Positions 204,891 to 219,549 of a stretch of 248,000 bases of DNA are shown here, in pieces. Position 1 is the stretch's first letter, and the number at the start of each line of letters is the position of its first letter. This stretch comes from Wallemia ichthyophaga EXF-994 (lineage: Eukaryota > Fungi > Basidiomycota), in NCBI RefSeq assembly GCF_000400465.1, contig NW_008806281.1, positions 20,001 to 268,000 on the forward strand, written 5' to 3'. The notes below the pieces were generated by a model. The model was not told where the DNA came from and made no database searches. It saw only the letters and a list, made by a program, of their open reading frames with translations. The position numbers and the translations under genes were made by a program.

Positions 204891-206937
204891 CTACTGCTGT
204901 TCCTCTTCAACAAAGATAGCAGCGTAATTCTCGAGAATAGTTTCAATTGCCTTGCACTGGTATTGCATATCAGCCAAAGCAGTGCCCTTGGCCTGTTCCT
205001 CTGGAGGTGGATTGAGAAGAGTAGGCCCAAAGACAATAGCAAGGTTAGATGTATGCATCGAGTTGATCTCATGCAGGTCCTTAACTTTATCCAAATGACC
205101 CATCAGATATTTGAGAGTGGAGTAGTTGCAATCCGGGAGTTGGTTGACCGTCTCATGCAGCTTGATGTGCCTCAGCCTGTCGTTCTCCACCTTGGCGGCT
205201 TCGACGAATTGTGCGTAAAGTTGATACGTCAGAAGAGGCTCAGGAAGCTCCCTGAACCACTGCTTAACAACACTCGCAACTACGTTAATATCCATAGCTT
205301 CTTCCTCTTGGAAGAGGTCTATGCCACCCACATCCTGGTCAATCTTTGCCTTGAGTGATTGGACTTTTGATGTTGTACCAGACAACCTGTATATACCCTG
205401 GCTGTCTAATCCTTGAGCTTCGATGATGTTGCTACATTTATCGACAATTAGAGGTATCTCTACATCATCTCTCACCATCTGCTCCGTCAAATCGACACCA
205501 AATGTCTTTCTAGATGAAAATGAAGGCAGCGAGGCGGTAGCAGCTTTCGGTGTTTGATTTTGAGAGTGTGATGCTGTTGGTATGCGGGCGTAAGATTGTG
205601 AAGGAGAGAATGACTTTGCTTGACTTTCGTAATCGGGACCATGCTTGGCAGGACCGGTTGTTTTTGGTTGAGAAATGGAATAGTTCTGCATGAAAGTCTT
205701 GAAGTCTTTCTGGTTGTCGATACCTTCAACCAAGGCTCTTAAACCGGGACCGTCTTCTTTTGCTAGAGGAGTGACAGTGACACCTTCGTTGAGGAGGGAG
205801 TTCTCTAATAAGAAAGCATAGCGTTCCAAATGATATTGAACACCTAAGTCAATCTCGTCGGAGCATTCCTTTAATGTTCTCACTATACGTGGCATGTAGA
205901 TCTCCCAATACTCTGAACGCAGACTAGAACTCTCCTGGGCATGTCGTTTGAAAGAATCGCTAGCTTGGGAGATTCTGTTGCGGATATCCTCCTCTTGCTT
206001 GAGTATGTGTGCAGGGTTACGACCTCTAAAGAAACCAGCACCTTTCCGCATTTTAGAGAAGCCACCTTTCTTATCGCTGTGTACAGAGGATTGAGAAGAG
206101 CCAGCATTTGCATTTGCGGCACGTGATATAGAACCCTCTTTAAGACTTTCGCCTTCTTTAATGATGAGAACGCGTTCTAATTCTTCAGCTACAGCGTCGA
206201 AACGGTGTTTGCTCTGGAATATGATGTGAGCGGAAGATTAAATTTAGAAAGGAACAAACTTTTTCGGTATTAGCTTCAGCTTCTTGTAGAAATTTTTCGT
206301 GTTTGTTTCCATAATCTTTTGCGTGCTTACGGCTTTTATCAACTTGTCTGTGAAGTTGAGATAGTTCATCTGAGATTTCATTGAGACGTGTAGCTAATCT
206401 AAGCTTGCCTTCACCGATAGACTCATGTAAGCGCATAATCGAGTGAAAAGAGTTGACAAATGAACCAGCTTTTGCCTCAGTTGAGCTATAAATTTCTGAC
206501 GTGGATTTACCAAGTTTAATCAATTGATTTCCATAGTCCTCTTCGATTTTGGACTTTCTTTTAAGGAAAGTGGAAGATTCTTTGCAGCTAATCATTGATT
206601 GCTTTATGCGTTCGAGGATAAGTGGAATCCCACATTCCAATTCACAAAGAGAGTTGTAAACGTTGTCATCGAAGCTTGTGGGTACTATATCACCTGGGAA
206701 TGTATTTCCATGCACCCCGCCAACACCGTTGAATGGTTCTTCGATTGATTCACTCAGTGGTGTTGGTGGTGTACCTAGAGAAGCGCCATCTGGGAGACTT
206801 GGGAGGGTGTGATTGATGTTTGGGTGTGTGGGTGTATGTGTCTGTGCCTGCGTCTCTGTCTGTGCCCTTGTCTGCGGCTGTGTCTCCGTGTGCAATTCCC
206901 CCGGCGTCTCCCGCTGCGGCTGTAAAGGGTTTTCCAT
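204891..206937 (-). CDS. RGD1: F-BAR RhoGAP
   Basis: FCH domain; GIYRLSG; NLAIVFGPTL. Confidence 0.88.
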
Positions 206938-207021
206938 TGCTTATTAGATGATGTTTATTAGATGATGGCTGTTACAAATCAAGGAGGGTTTGGCCAGGTT
207001 CAACACCAACGACCACCAACC

Positions 207022-209298
207022 AATGGAAATAAAATTAAAGCCATTTGGTATAAAATCTGGAGAAATAGACAAATTTAAATTATCCAATAGATTTATTTCT
207101 AATAATCAAAGTACAAATAATGAGATTATTTTAAATATCAACTCGTTTGAGCGTCTTAACCAGCTTGAGCATGATAGATTGATCTATTTCGCGTGTCATG
207201 ACCCACTTGACCAACAAAATAGATCCCTTATTCACGCTGTTTATCCTATTTTCACTTCCTTACAACGCATACAAGATTTAAACCAATCAAATCTATCAAC
207301 TTACTCAAGATTTTCATCTTTATTCAAATCCACCTTGAACCAGCACTTGGATCATTGCAGTCCAACCAATCTACTCCACTCAGCTAATGTTTACGCTATT
207401 TGGTCCTTCTCTCATCTCCTCTATTTCCCTATCGATGGTCGTGGTGAAGGCATCGTCGCAGAAGAAATTCTAGATTGGATAAACACTATCGATATAGCTC
207501 CCACAACCGAAGAAGGCTTGGAGATTACCTCTTCAAATACCCCTCACCTTCATCACAACTTCTGGCCTTACATTTACAAATCCATTATTAGAGGTTTCCA
207601 TAAAACTGCAACACAGCCCCTTCACTCTTTACTCTCTCACCCAACTAAATCCATCAGCTCCACCGCTGAACGTCTCATTTCCCTTTTATACACCTTCCCT
207701 CGCTCGACCACCTACCAATTCGAACTTGATTACTTGGCTGCACATAGATCTTGGAGAGATGAAGCTAAACGAAGCTTATCTAGTATCGCCGATTTGTCTC
207801 AATATGCTGACGAATTTACAAAATACGTCTTTGATGACATCACCCTAGCTCTTCAACTTCTCTGTGGAAAGAAGGACAAAATCTTCCAAGTTGCAGACGA
207901 TTGGAGGGAGTGCCTCGCTGCTTTCGGCTTGTTTGTCGTTCCTTCCCTCCGCCGTGACGATATCCCGAGCGTTATTGATGAAATTTTCAACCAACTCCCC
208001 CTCGACACCACTCTCCCCGATCAGTGTATAGAAGCTGCTCTTGCTACTGCCGACACCACTAAAGTGAGTTGCATTATTTAATTGCGGCAAACCTAATCAA
208101 ATTAACCAGGCCATCACTTTATCCAACGAATTCGATCCATGGCTTGTTGCACACTTGACTGATCTGCTCGACAAAATTGGCGCTGTCGATCACGATCCAC
208201 AGTGAGTGTTTGTCTACCCTCCAAATCGTCTAACCCGTGTTGTAGATTCCCACTATCTCTCAGACAGCACTTCCTACTTCAATACGCAGATAAACTCGCA
208301 TCGGACCCTGGACTATGGACTATAACACTCGACTACTACGCCCAATGTGGAGTCGAAGGCGCAAGTCGAGTGAGAGCGTTGATAGTGCGTGTACCTCTCC
208401 AGCTCGATGCGCGCAGCGATCGCGACAACAAGATGGACGCTGACAATGTCTTTGATATTTCAACCGACTTGCCCAACTTAACGAGAGTAGAGGAGATACT
208501 GTCCATCTGCCAAGAGTACGCTCTCGAAGAAGAAGCGTCGGAGGTTTGCAGGAACACGGCTGAGCAGTTGCTCGACAGAGGGTTCTATGGGCTCGCCGTA
208601 GCTTTCTGCATCAGAGCGAAAGAGGCGCGCAAGCTCGGTCGTATCACTGACCTCATCCTCGAGGAATACATCACTCATGGCCAGACAGTCTTCAGCAATC
208701 TCGTCAACACTATCCCGACATCCCTCCTCAACGTGACGACGTCGTCTGCTGGTGGAATTGCCGATGGTGGAGATAGTGGCGATATGGGCAGCTTGGAAAT
208801 AGAGAATGATGGCACTCAGGATGCTTCGGCTCGCGCTCTAGCCAGAGATCCTGCCGTTTCATCGCGATTGGCTTTCCTAGCGCGCTACAAAGAGTTCCAT
208901 AGTCACCTGAAAACTAATAATAGAGAAAACGCGGCTGTTTTACTTGTTGAGATGCTTTCCACTGAGATGGCTCCAAGACGTTTCTGGAGTGTTTTGTTGG
209001 CTGACGCACTCCCACTGCTAGAATGTGAGTTATTTCCCTCCTTCTCATCACAATTTGGCTCACATCTGCAGACTCTGAAATACTCTTCACTACGGAAGAA
209101 GCGTATGAGTTATTGAGGATATTGGAGGACGTGCATACTGGCGTGCGCGCTAACAGCGAGAGAGAATATTTAGATCCATTGGCTCGTCTGCTTGCTAAAG
209201 ATGGCACACCATCGTACCATCGCGCATTATCTGAGTTGGAAGTCGTTAGGCTAGCACTGGCGAGATACATAGCCAAATGCTGTGTATTGGTTGAATAG
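207022..209298 (+). CDS. NUP85: Nucleoporin Nup85
   Basis: EEILDWIN; DPWLVAHL. Confidence 0.8.
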
Positions 209299-209425
209299 AA
209301 TGTAATATATTATTTATAACTCGTTTAGCTTGTTTGCTGGAAATATTGTTACAATGCTTGTTGCTCAGTGGTAATAATGATAAAATGCCCTTGCTACTTT
209401 AGTTTATTTTAGTTAAATTGTCGAC

Positions 209426-211495
209426 TTAGACATTCTCAAGTGTCTTGTGCCATTCTATAACTCGTCTATGAGCCATAACCTTGTCAGGCTTGAAACCTAG
209501 TATCTGTAGTCCATCCAACGAGGTAGCACGAGAGATAGCGACGTAACATTGACCTCTTTCGAAAATAGATGACAAATCGACTTTGACTCTCTCGAGCGTC
209601 TGACCTTGTGATTTGTGTATCGACATTGACCAAGCCAAGATGAGCGGAACTTGATTTCTACTTGCTTCAATCTTTCCATTAACGCCCTCTGTTCTCCATA
209701 CATCTGGAACACACAGCAATTCTCTGTATCCGCCATTTGGGAGCAAGAAGTGTACAAGAGGGTAAGCAGTTCCTTGATCTTTTTTTGTTGGCTGTCCACT
209801 GACTTGGGGATCCCCTTTCCTTGCGCCCAAAGCAGCTGAACGAGCTTTATGCACGCTATCATCGTACTCTTCATCCTCCTCTAATCTTTTACTTGCTTCA
209901 CCACGCGTGTATCTTACAGCATCAATAAAATCTATGACCCTTCCTAGTGAGCCATTCACTAACGTTTCGTCAATGTTCTTAATTAGCATTACTTGACAAC
210001 CGAGTTTGATATGCAGCTGTTTCGGTGCCATGAAGTTGGACAAGACCTTGTCACGCTGATCGACAGGCAGCTCGCCCGAGTCTAATGCACTGAATGTTTT
210101 TGTTTCACCTTCAAGTTGATTCATTCTGCCATTGTTCGATTGATCGACTTGCTGACGCAGCGGGTAGAGCTCAGTCGGCTGAATTTGATCAGCAAATACC
210201 AGTGGTCTTGAAAGACTCTTGAATATTCTAATCGAGTTGTCTGAAAGCTTCCCGAAACGCATCTCGTTAAGCATATTGATGAACGTCTCATCTCTCTGAC
210301 GGAACACTTGGCGGAGGTTGATTGTATGTGCAATGACACGCGTCCAGGATTCAGCGTCAAAGCAGAAATTTGGTGCTGAACCTTTACTAACGGGTGGAAG
210401 TTGAAAGAAATCACCACAAACGACAATCTGAATATTTCCGAAAGGTTCAGGACGTTTACGGATGTTCCTTGCTAACCCTTCAAGCTTGTCGAATAGTTCA
210501 CCATCAACCATGGATACTTGAAATTTGTGAGTAAATGGAGTCACATTGTGAAAAAACCTCCACACACCTTCATCAATGATGAGTACCTTAACTCTAGTCC
210601 ACCGTTTCAATGCTTTTGGGTTACGTTTGACTTTCTGCGTGAGAGCGTTGACGTTCTCATTACACAAACCACATCCTGTGAAGGAATGCAGAGTTGTACC
210701 ACCGATGTTACACGCCGCAATACCAGTGGAAGCAGTAACAGCAACGCTTTCGGGGCCCTTTTTGAATTTCTTGCGCAGACTGGTTATAATTTCTCTGAGA
210801 AGGACGGATTTACCAGTACCTGCGGAACCGGTGAAGAAGACATTTTTAGATTCATCGACGACCATCTGCAAGACTTTCTGCTGTTCATTGGAGAGTCTAA
210901 GTTTGCGCTGTACGAGGGGTGCGGGAGTCGCAGATGAAGTTGGGTTGTTAACTTTAGCCACGTCTGGAGGGGGTTGATTGAATGATTTGGGATCATTGCT
211001 GTCCTTAGACTCCTTCGAAACCTTTGCATCCCTAGCGTCCCTACCATCCAGATCAGAATCGTTGAGTACAAAAGATCTCTTTTCTTGAATCGGCTTGAGC
211101 TTCTTTGGAGCGTGTTCTTGAGTCGGCGCGGATAACGCTGAACCAGTGGATGCATTGGAGAGTGCTGCCATTATAGCAGCACGTCGACGAGCAGCGCCGT
211201 CCGTAGCATTCTTTTGAGGCGCTGGCTTTTCTTCTTTTGAATCGTGATTGGCGTCGTCCCAGGAGCGCTTGAAGGACTGGAAACAAGGAAATTAGAAAGG
211301 ATTTGAGTGGATTACTGGCCATCTCACGTTCAGCTTCGAATCCGTGTTGGTTGCTTTGAGTGGGCCGCCCATAACGATGACACAATGATGGACGTATGCA
211401 AGCACAGCACGAGTAAGATAAGACAAGGGAAAAATAAATGTAAAAGTAAAAAGCATCTTCAGAGGTTTTAAACATGGAAAAGGTATACCATTCAT
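209426..211495 (-). CDS. PIF1: Pif1 DNA helicase
   Basis: GSAGTGKS; GDFFQLPPV; SIHKSQGQT. Confidence 0.95.
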
Positions 211496-211557
211496 TGCTC
211501 ATATTGCTCATATTGCTCATATTGCTCATATTACTCCTCTTGCTTATAATGCAGATA

Positions 211558-212193
211558 TTACTCCTCTTGCTCAGCCTTCTTTGCCCTCTCTGAAATGATC
211601 TTGGCACCCACATTTCTAACATTCTCCTCAGCGCGTTCAACACCAAGTGATTTAGCAGCTTTGTAGTTGTCTAGAGCGCTCTCCAGTTGCCCAGTTGCCT
211701 CACTGACGACGCCCAGATTAAAAGCGACTTCAGGGTCATCTGGGTTTACATCTCGTGCTTGAGTGAGGTACTCGAGTGCTTTAGCTGGGTTGGAAGGCGA
211801 TGACAGTATATGGGCAGAAGCGAGGTTCGATAGGAGGTCAGAGGTGGGCTCGATAGCCAGGCTTTTCTCCCAAGTGGCTATAGCGCCTTGAATGTCCTTG
211901 GTATAGAATTGAGTCACGCCCAAATTGAACAAACCCATAGCTGCAGTTTTTCCTTCCTTTTGTATATCAAGCGATCTTTGGTACTTTTCTTTGGCGCCTT
212001 CAACGTCACCCTCATTAAGTACTCTAGTGCCTTCCTCAATTTCATCAATAGCCTGTGCCTCTGGATCGAATGAATATCCAGATGCTTTGCGGATAGTGAG
212101 TGGAGTGAGTGGCTTGGAAAATGATTTCAAGGTAGGCTTGACGATGCTAGCACTCCTATTAATACTCCTCGCTAATCCTGCGAATCTAAACAT
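211558..212193 (-). CDS. Mitochondrial TPR protein
   Basis: Presequence plus 3 TPRs. Confidence 0.7.
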   Translation of the reverse strand: MFRFAGLARSINRSASIVKPTLKSFSKPLTPLTIRKASGYSFDPEAQAIDEIEEGTRVLNEGDVEGAKEKYQRSLDIQKEGKTAAMGLFNLGVTQFYTKDIQGAIATWEKSLAIEPTSDLLSNLASAHILSSPSNPAKALEYLTQARDVNPDDPEVAFNLGVVSEATGQLESALDNYKAAKSLGVERAEENVRNVGAKIISERAKKAEQEE

Positions 212194-212263
212194 TTTAGTT
212201 GAGATGAGCGTCGTCTTCTCCCTTCAACTTGAAATCCAATCAAAGAGGCAAATATATTGATTC

Positions 212264-213030
212264 ATGTGGCCATTCACCAAGCAAGACACTAGCAATTCTA
212301 CAGCTTCTGATTTGGCTCCAGACACCACCTTATCCAGCACACAGCCCATCAATACACAGCCCACCAACACCCGCACACAACCCACTGCCACTCAAGCCAC
212401 CTCTGCCCAGGATGTACTCTCAATTGACCCAACAACCCTCCATCCAATGGCAGACGTCGGCGATAAACTCGATTACCTCTTACTAGACGATGAAAAGCTG
212501 TCCGAGTTGCCTGGCTCGGAGACGGCGCTGCCTTCTCGTGGCTGGTCAGATGACCTCTGTTATGGCGTTGGTACTACTTATGTTTCTGGTCTCGGTCTTG
212601 GTGGTTTATGGGGTCTGAGAGAGGGTATGAATAAGAAACTCGCTGCGCCTGTAACGAGGTTGAGGGTGAACGCAATTCTCAACAGTTTGACCAAGCGTGG
212701 CTCATTTATTGCCAATTCTGGTGGTATCATTGGTCGGTGACAGTCTCTACCAATCGCAATTCTAACACTCCCACCAGCTATGGTTTACAACATGACAAAC
212801 TCCTCTCTCGACAGCATAAGAGGTAAGCACGACGTGCTAAATTCCATGGGCGCTGGTGCATTTTCGGGTGCTTTATTCAAATCCACGGGTGAGTTCGGAG
212901 TCTGAAACTATCGGTCTTATGAAACATCTGGCTTACGAATTATATTTCAGCCGGACTCAGACCAATGGCGATATCCGCAGGTATTTTATCCACAACCGCA
213001 GGTGGCTGGTCGTTGTTCAAGAGGAGTATT
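212264..213030 (+). CDS. TIM23: TIM23 translocase channel
   Basis: RGWSDDLCYGVG; LNSLTKRG. Confidence 0.92.
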
Positions 213031-213365
213031 TTGTAATGTTAATCAATTCTTACTTTCAACTATTTTTGTGTATGATACCTGTGACTTGTGTGCCTGGTGA
213101 AGTTTTTACCAGGGACTGAGCCAAGTTTCAGCTCAATATTACTGCGTCCTTTAATTACTTTGCTTTGAAACCCCTCAAGCACCGCCACCGATCAACTTGA
213201 GTTGCGCGCATCATCGTGCATAAATTGCGCTGTCCCAGCGTGTCGGTCCTCTCGTCTAATCAGATCAAAACGTACGAAACCAACTAAATCAGGGCAAAAA
213301 GTTTGAAACAGTAAATGATCTTCGGTTCGACGGGTTGTAAGTTTGTTGGCAACTTTCGCTCATCA

Positions 213366-214200
213366 GTCATGTCCAAGCTTAGCTTAAATTCCATAGTCTC
213401 CAGCCCGAGTGACGACGACGACAAGAAGACGAACAGCAGAAGCTCACAGGATAGTTTGAATGGGTTAGAAAATAACATTTATTTTGATTTCTTTCCTAAT
213501 ATTCTTTATTCCAGCCGCACCCACGCACTCGAGATCATCCAGTCTCCACTACGCTCGGCAGCATTTGGATCTAGCTATTACAGTCGATTACCGCTGTCAC
213601 CGGCGCTAGTAGTAAGATTGGTGGTGAGGAATGCAGAGGGTCATGCTGTTGATATGTGCGTTGGAGTTACACAATCCGCCACTATCTAATCACCCCTATA
213701 GTCACGAGGAGTTGCCCTTCTACGTTTGTCACGCTTCGCTACTCTCAGAAGACGCAGAGTCCCACGTAGACGTCACGCAGCCCACAGAAGACGCAGATAG
213801 CGTTCCTTTGAGAATGTTGTATGGTGCACTCGTCACTACCCCTTACCAGGCACGCGGTGAGGTGGTATTCCCGTTCACAGACCTCGGCGTACGCGTCTGT
213901 GGCATCTATCGACTGAAAATATCCCTCTTCAGATTGGCAAGGTACGCCAGCTTTATTAATTTATACGTCATAATCTCAATCACACAATAGGCCAGGCTCA
214001 GAGATCAGCTCGAGCACTGCTTCCGAGACACTGTCGACTGCGATAACTGATACGTTCGAAATTGTCGAGTTGTGCAAGTATGAGGCTCCAGGTGGGGTGG
214101 ATGTTTGTGGAAATTACCTTTGCTGACAAATTTGCAAATTTGCAAATACAGCCATTACCAACTTGTCTTATGAGCTGCATGCAGCGGGTGTACCAATACA
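213366..214200 (+). CDS. Second velvet-domain-like protein
   Basis: LEIIQSP.R..RLPLSP; FTDLGVR..GIYRL. Confidence 0.7.
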
Positions 214201-214729
214201 AATCCCAGACAATCAGCAGACAATCTAACGTTGGATAACTTGGGTAGGTTGTCGAAGGCGTCTGATTACCACCACTCCATCCAATCCCAAACGAGTGGAT
214301 GTGTGTGGAAGTGCACCAAGCCAATAAAAATGGCTCATTTAAATCTAGCTAGCTTAACTGTACATTGTGTATTAATACTGAAATTTATTCAAGTCGACCC
214401 CATCTGCTGTAGAGGTACAATGGAATTTTCTTTCTTGAGAAGTTAAGGGGAACTGTAGGCAGAGGTACTCTAGACTATAATAATTGCTCCGATAAACTTT
214501 GTATATGATAAACTTGAAAAAATTCTATTTATAGTTGACGCGCGTTAGGCTTAGTCTCACAAATCAAGTAAACTAAGTTTGTTTATAAAGTCAAGCAAGC
214601 TATGTCTGCAAACGATGCACGTAGGATTTTGTAGTACACGCAACACATTAACGCGGCTACAGTATTACAACCAGGGTGGACAGCAAGGCGGCTATTACCC
214701 GTCAGTTGAAATAAAGATATAAGATCGTC

Positions 214730-215024
214730 ATGACTAACCAACAGCACAGTCCACCACCTCCCCAAGCATACGGTGGACAGGGATACGCACCTCAACAGCC
214801 ATACGGGGGCTATGCACCACAGCAGCCGGTGAGTCAAGTATTTCTAGTTTTGATGTTATAGGTGTCTGAACTCTATACAGATGTACGTTCAACCCCCACC
214901 CCAAGAGAAAGGCGGTGGCGGCGGTGCTGGTAGCAGTGCGTGTTGCGGTTGCTGTGCTTGTCTCGCCGGTATTTGCGCTTGTTGCCTTTGTGAGGATATT
215001 CTCTGTATCGAGGCGCTTTGCTAG
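214730..215024 (+). CDS. CYSTM Cys-rich tail-anchored peptide
   Basis: P/Q/G/Y-rich exon, intron, then ACCGCCACLAGICACCLCEDILC; missed by ORF track. Confidence 0.8.
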
Positions 215025-215235
215025 GCGGGTGAGTGAGCGCACAACACCACACACATACCAGATATCACATATGAACATTTCTCGTTAGCATTTTAGAAAT
215101 GCACAGATGCAATCATTTATTCATTTAACTCCTTTGTTTCCTTGCTTCCTTTGAGTGATTTGCACGTGCTTGTTGCACCTCTGAGACTCAAGCTTCACGA
215201 TAAAGTCGAAAACGTCATCTTGAGGTACAACAACG

Positions 215236-216630
215236 ATGATTGCACCCGAAGAGAATGGAAATGTTCATGCCGGTGGATACGATGCACACGATACACAAGC
215301 TAAGAGGAAGACGATTGACAACCCGAATACTGCGAACGAAACCGTGAAATCTTTAAAATTGGATAATGACAATGTAAACAATGTAAACAACGCAAACAAA
215401 ATACTCCCACCAACTAATTGGAACTTGGATGTTATAAAGGATCACTATATCCGCTTGGATCCACGTTGGGCTCGCTTGTTTGAAGCTATCCCATGCAAGC
215501 CCTTCGAGCAGGATCTCAAGAAGCCGATAAATCCATTCAGAGTCATCTGCGACTCAATACTAGCTCAGCAAATTTCCTACAAAGCATCCAAGGCGTGGGT
215601 AAAGCAGGGGCAAAGATGACGTCACTAATACTCCCCAGCGTCTGCTACAAATTCGTTAGATACTACTTCCCACACCTTCCCGAAAATCGTGAGGGTGATC
215701 CTGAAGAATTCCCATCTCCAGAACAAGTCGCCAACACAAACGTTTCCAAGCTTCGAGTGGGGAATATCACAATCAACACACATTAAGTTGCTGACGAGTT
215801 GCTTAAACAGGAGATTGGATTCTCCGTAAGAAAGGGAGAGTATGGTGAGTTGAAATAACTCATAAACCTTGCTTATTTAACACACCACAGCCATCGGTCT
215901 CGCAAAGGCTTTCGTGGAGGGTAAACTTACATCCCAAAAACTCGTCGAGGCGTCTGATGAGGAATTGATGAAGATGCTAACCGATATTCGCGGTATTGGT
216001 CCTTGGACAGTTCATGTTGGTGCAGCAATACCCTTTTATTTGACATATCCCCTCACATCTGCATAGATGCTGAGTATATTCATGCTCAGAAGAACAGATA
216101 TTCTACCAACCGCTGATTTGGGTGTGCAAGCTGGGCTTGTGAAACATTTTCTAGGGTCAGAGCTAGAACTGGCGAAAAGGCACAGACAGCTTAAGGTGGA
216201 TGAGGTAGACGAGGAGAGAATTACGAAACCAGATGACAACATAAAAGGTGCACAGCAGTCAGTGGTCAAGCTTACATCTGATAAGGATTTATCGGAGAAT
216301 GTTGAACCTGAATTACCCCCGGCAGCTATTGAAATGGGGTTGAGTGTGAAAGTTCTGCAACAGCGACTGAAGAAGCGATTGAAGTGGGTACTCAACACGT
216401 GAATTGGGTTCATTCATGCCGATGCTTATGCTTTTGCTATATTCAGGGTCGGTTATCTCACGCCGGAGGAATGCGAGGCGCTAACAAGTGAATGGAGACC
216501 ATGTAAGTGTTTATTGGAGAACTATAATGTTACTTACGCGTGTCAATAGATCGAAGCATTGGAGTTTACTGTGAGTCTGAACCACACCAACCAACCCAAC
216601 TAACGCCAGATCCAGATATGTGGCTAGTTA
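215236..216630 (+). CDS. MAG1: DNA-3-methyladenine glycosylase
   Basis: ILAQQIS; RGIGPWT; DLGVQ. Confidence 0.88.
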
Positions 216631-216906
216631 AAGGAGATTCAGCATGATATGTAGTGTACAAATGAATAAATAATTTGATAAAATTTTAGCTCAAATCGAG
216701 CTTCTTCGTTGAGACCCCCCTGCTTTAGATATATACTCACTGAGATAAAATATATGTGAGTATTATGAATAACGCGTAAATGCGTCTAATTCGTCGCAAG
216801 GTCCACAAAGAAATCTCAACAGCGGCCGTCTATCAAGCATCCTCATGACTACGTCGGCTCACAGCAGATATCATCGCCTATACTACCAACAGGCCAGCGC
216901 AGGTCG

Positions 216907-219183
216907 ATGCATCCCTCAATTGACTTTCGTAATGTTAATCTAGAGACTCAGTTTGGCGAGTACAGGCCAAAGCGCACGGCTCCATCACCGCCATCACATC
217001 CCATAACCAATCAAGCGCAGACGCATTCACAAGCGCACACTCTCAATGACATTGACTTGGGGCCACCGCTATCAACGTCTTTCACCACTCTCCCTTCCAG
217101 CGCCAGCAACAGCTTCTCACCTTGCACCGAACCTTCTTCTTCTCCCTCCACCCACGATACCGAGCAACAAACATCAAAACCTATGTCCAATTCCCTGTCC
217201 CCCCCACCGCTCGTTCATCAGAACAGCAGCCCTGTTGCTCTTATGGACAAGAGCAATCACGTCCACGAGGTGCACTCGAACACTCCCCCACAATCCCCTC
217301 AAAGACCTCCTGTCTTGCAGCGCTCAGCTACTGTTTCTGGCAATGTAAAAACCAGAGACACCTTCGATAAGGACAAGAAACGAGGCGTCTTCTCCGGTTT
217401 CGCCTCTTCGCTTTCTGATTTACTTCAGTTGCAAAAAAAGCCAGAAATCTCAACTCCTTACGATCCTGTACATTTGACGCACGTTGGTTTCAATTCTGAC
217501 ACTGGAGAATTCACTGGCTTGCCTAAAGAGTGGCAGCAGCTCTTACAGGACTCTGGTATTTCCAAGCAAGACCAAGAAGCTAACCCGCAAGCTGTTATGG
217601 ACATTGTCGCCTTTTATCAAGACGCTCAGAATGCTCAATACGGCGTTGACAATCAAGTATGGAAAAAGATGGGTGGTGTTCCTAATGGCCCTCCTAACCC
217701 TAAGGACAAAACGTGGATAGCCAGACCTGCTCCCCCACCTCCGGGTCCTCCAGCCAGGTATGGCAATACGCGCGCAGCTCCACCACCACCGCCACCTATG
217801 AATAAAAGTGTTTCGAATCCTGGCTCAGTTAGAGGTGAGACAGGTAAGGGTGAAGCTCCTAGACCTGCACCACCCCCACCTCGTCCAACGCCACCTCCAC
217901 AACTTGATAGGTCAGTCTCGCACCGTATCCCACCAAACCCTACTTCGGCGTCACAGACTCTCGAGAGAGCTAAATCTCATCAGACGAAGCCAGCTGTTGT
218001 ACCAAACATGACTTCATCGTCAACGCCATACAGTCGTGCACCTCCACCTCTGCACAACCCACAAGCATTGGGTAAACAACCCTCTGCAGCTTCTGCCGCA
218101 CTCACCAGAGCTGCGGAAAAGACCAACAAGGCTATACCACAAATACCAGGCTCATTGCAGCCCCATCAAACACAAGGTCATCCTAATCATGGTCCAGGTC
218201 CAGTACCTCGCAGAAGAGAGAATAACGGATCAAATAAACAGTCAGAGGCTGAAATTATACAAAAATTACAATCAATTTGCACAGACGCAGATCCTACAAA
218301 ACTTTACAAGAATCTTTTAAAGATTGGTCAAGGTGCTAGTGGAGGTGTGTACACTGCTTACCAATCTGGAACTAATCTCTCCGTTGCTATTAAACAAATG
218401 AATCTCGAGCAGCAGCCAAAGAAAGATCTCATTATTAATGAAATTATAGTAATGAAATCATCTCGACATGTGAACATTGTCAACTATATCGACAGTTTCC
218501 TCTTCAAAGGAGATTTATGGGTGATAATGGAGTATATGGAAGGTGGTTCACTGACGGATGTTGTGACGTGTAATATCATGACAGAAGGACAGATTGCGGC
218601 TGTGTCAAGAGAAATTTTGGAAGGATTGAGACACTTGCATGAACATGGGGTGATTCACAGGGACATAAAATCAGACAATATTTTGCTATCTATGCAGGGA
218701 GATGTTAAGCTGACAGACTTTGGTTTCTGTGCGAGGATTGGGGAGAATGCATCCCATGCCAAGAGAACAACAATGGTTGGAACACCTTACTGGATGGCGC
218801 CGGAGGTGGTGACGCGTAAAGAATATGGGAGTAAGGTCGATGTGTGGTCGCTTGGTATACTTGCGATTGAAATGATTGAAGGAGAGCCACCATACCTGAA
218901 TGAGAATCCTCTTAGAGTGGGTGAAATTGGATAAAATTTACAAGTCAACTCACATACATTTCAGGCCCTCTACTTGATTGCAACTAACGGAACACCAAAA
219001 ATACAAAGCCCAGAGAATTTATCACCAGTGTTTAGAGACTTCCTTGCTCGCTGTCTGGAAGTAGATTACGAGAGGAGAATGAATGCATTCGATATGCTCA
219101 GACATCCATTCTTGAAGATGGCTGAACCATTAAGAACTCTAGGACCATTGATAAAGGCGGCAAGGGAGCAATCGAAGAAGTAA
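216907..219183 (+). CDS. STE20: PAK kinase
   Basis: [18 protein letters not shown]; GQGASG; HRDIKSDN. Confidence 0.95.
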
Positions 219184-219549
219184 TGATAGTAAACACGGAC
219201 ATTATATCAAACCATTTCAACTAACGATAGTAGTACGTTTAACTGCGTATAATACTTTTCAACAATTTTTCAACAATTTTTCTAATTACAGCTGTACTTT
219301 TTAACTTGCTGCTCGCGGCAAGATACATACCAATTGCTCCAATATTCAAGACAAATGATCAAAACATTGAATTATTTCATATTTATTGTTATTTTGTTAA
219401 TAAAATTCATGTTACGATGCATTCTTTTAGAGTGTCTGGGATCTCCTAGAGGTGGAGTGGGGTGGTAAACAAAGACAGTATTCAAAGACAAGAAAACAGC
219501 GCGTCAAATTTATGAAACGTTCAATGTATTATGATGATAGAGAAATTCA

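Noticed and set aside
216907-219183. STE20 as a marker of a mating-type locus
   Set aside because: No pheromone receptor, pheromone or homeodomain genes recognised nearby
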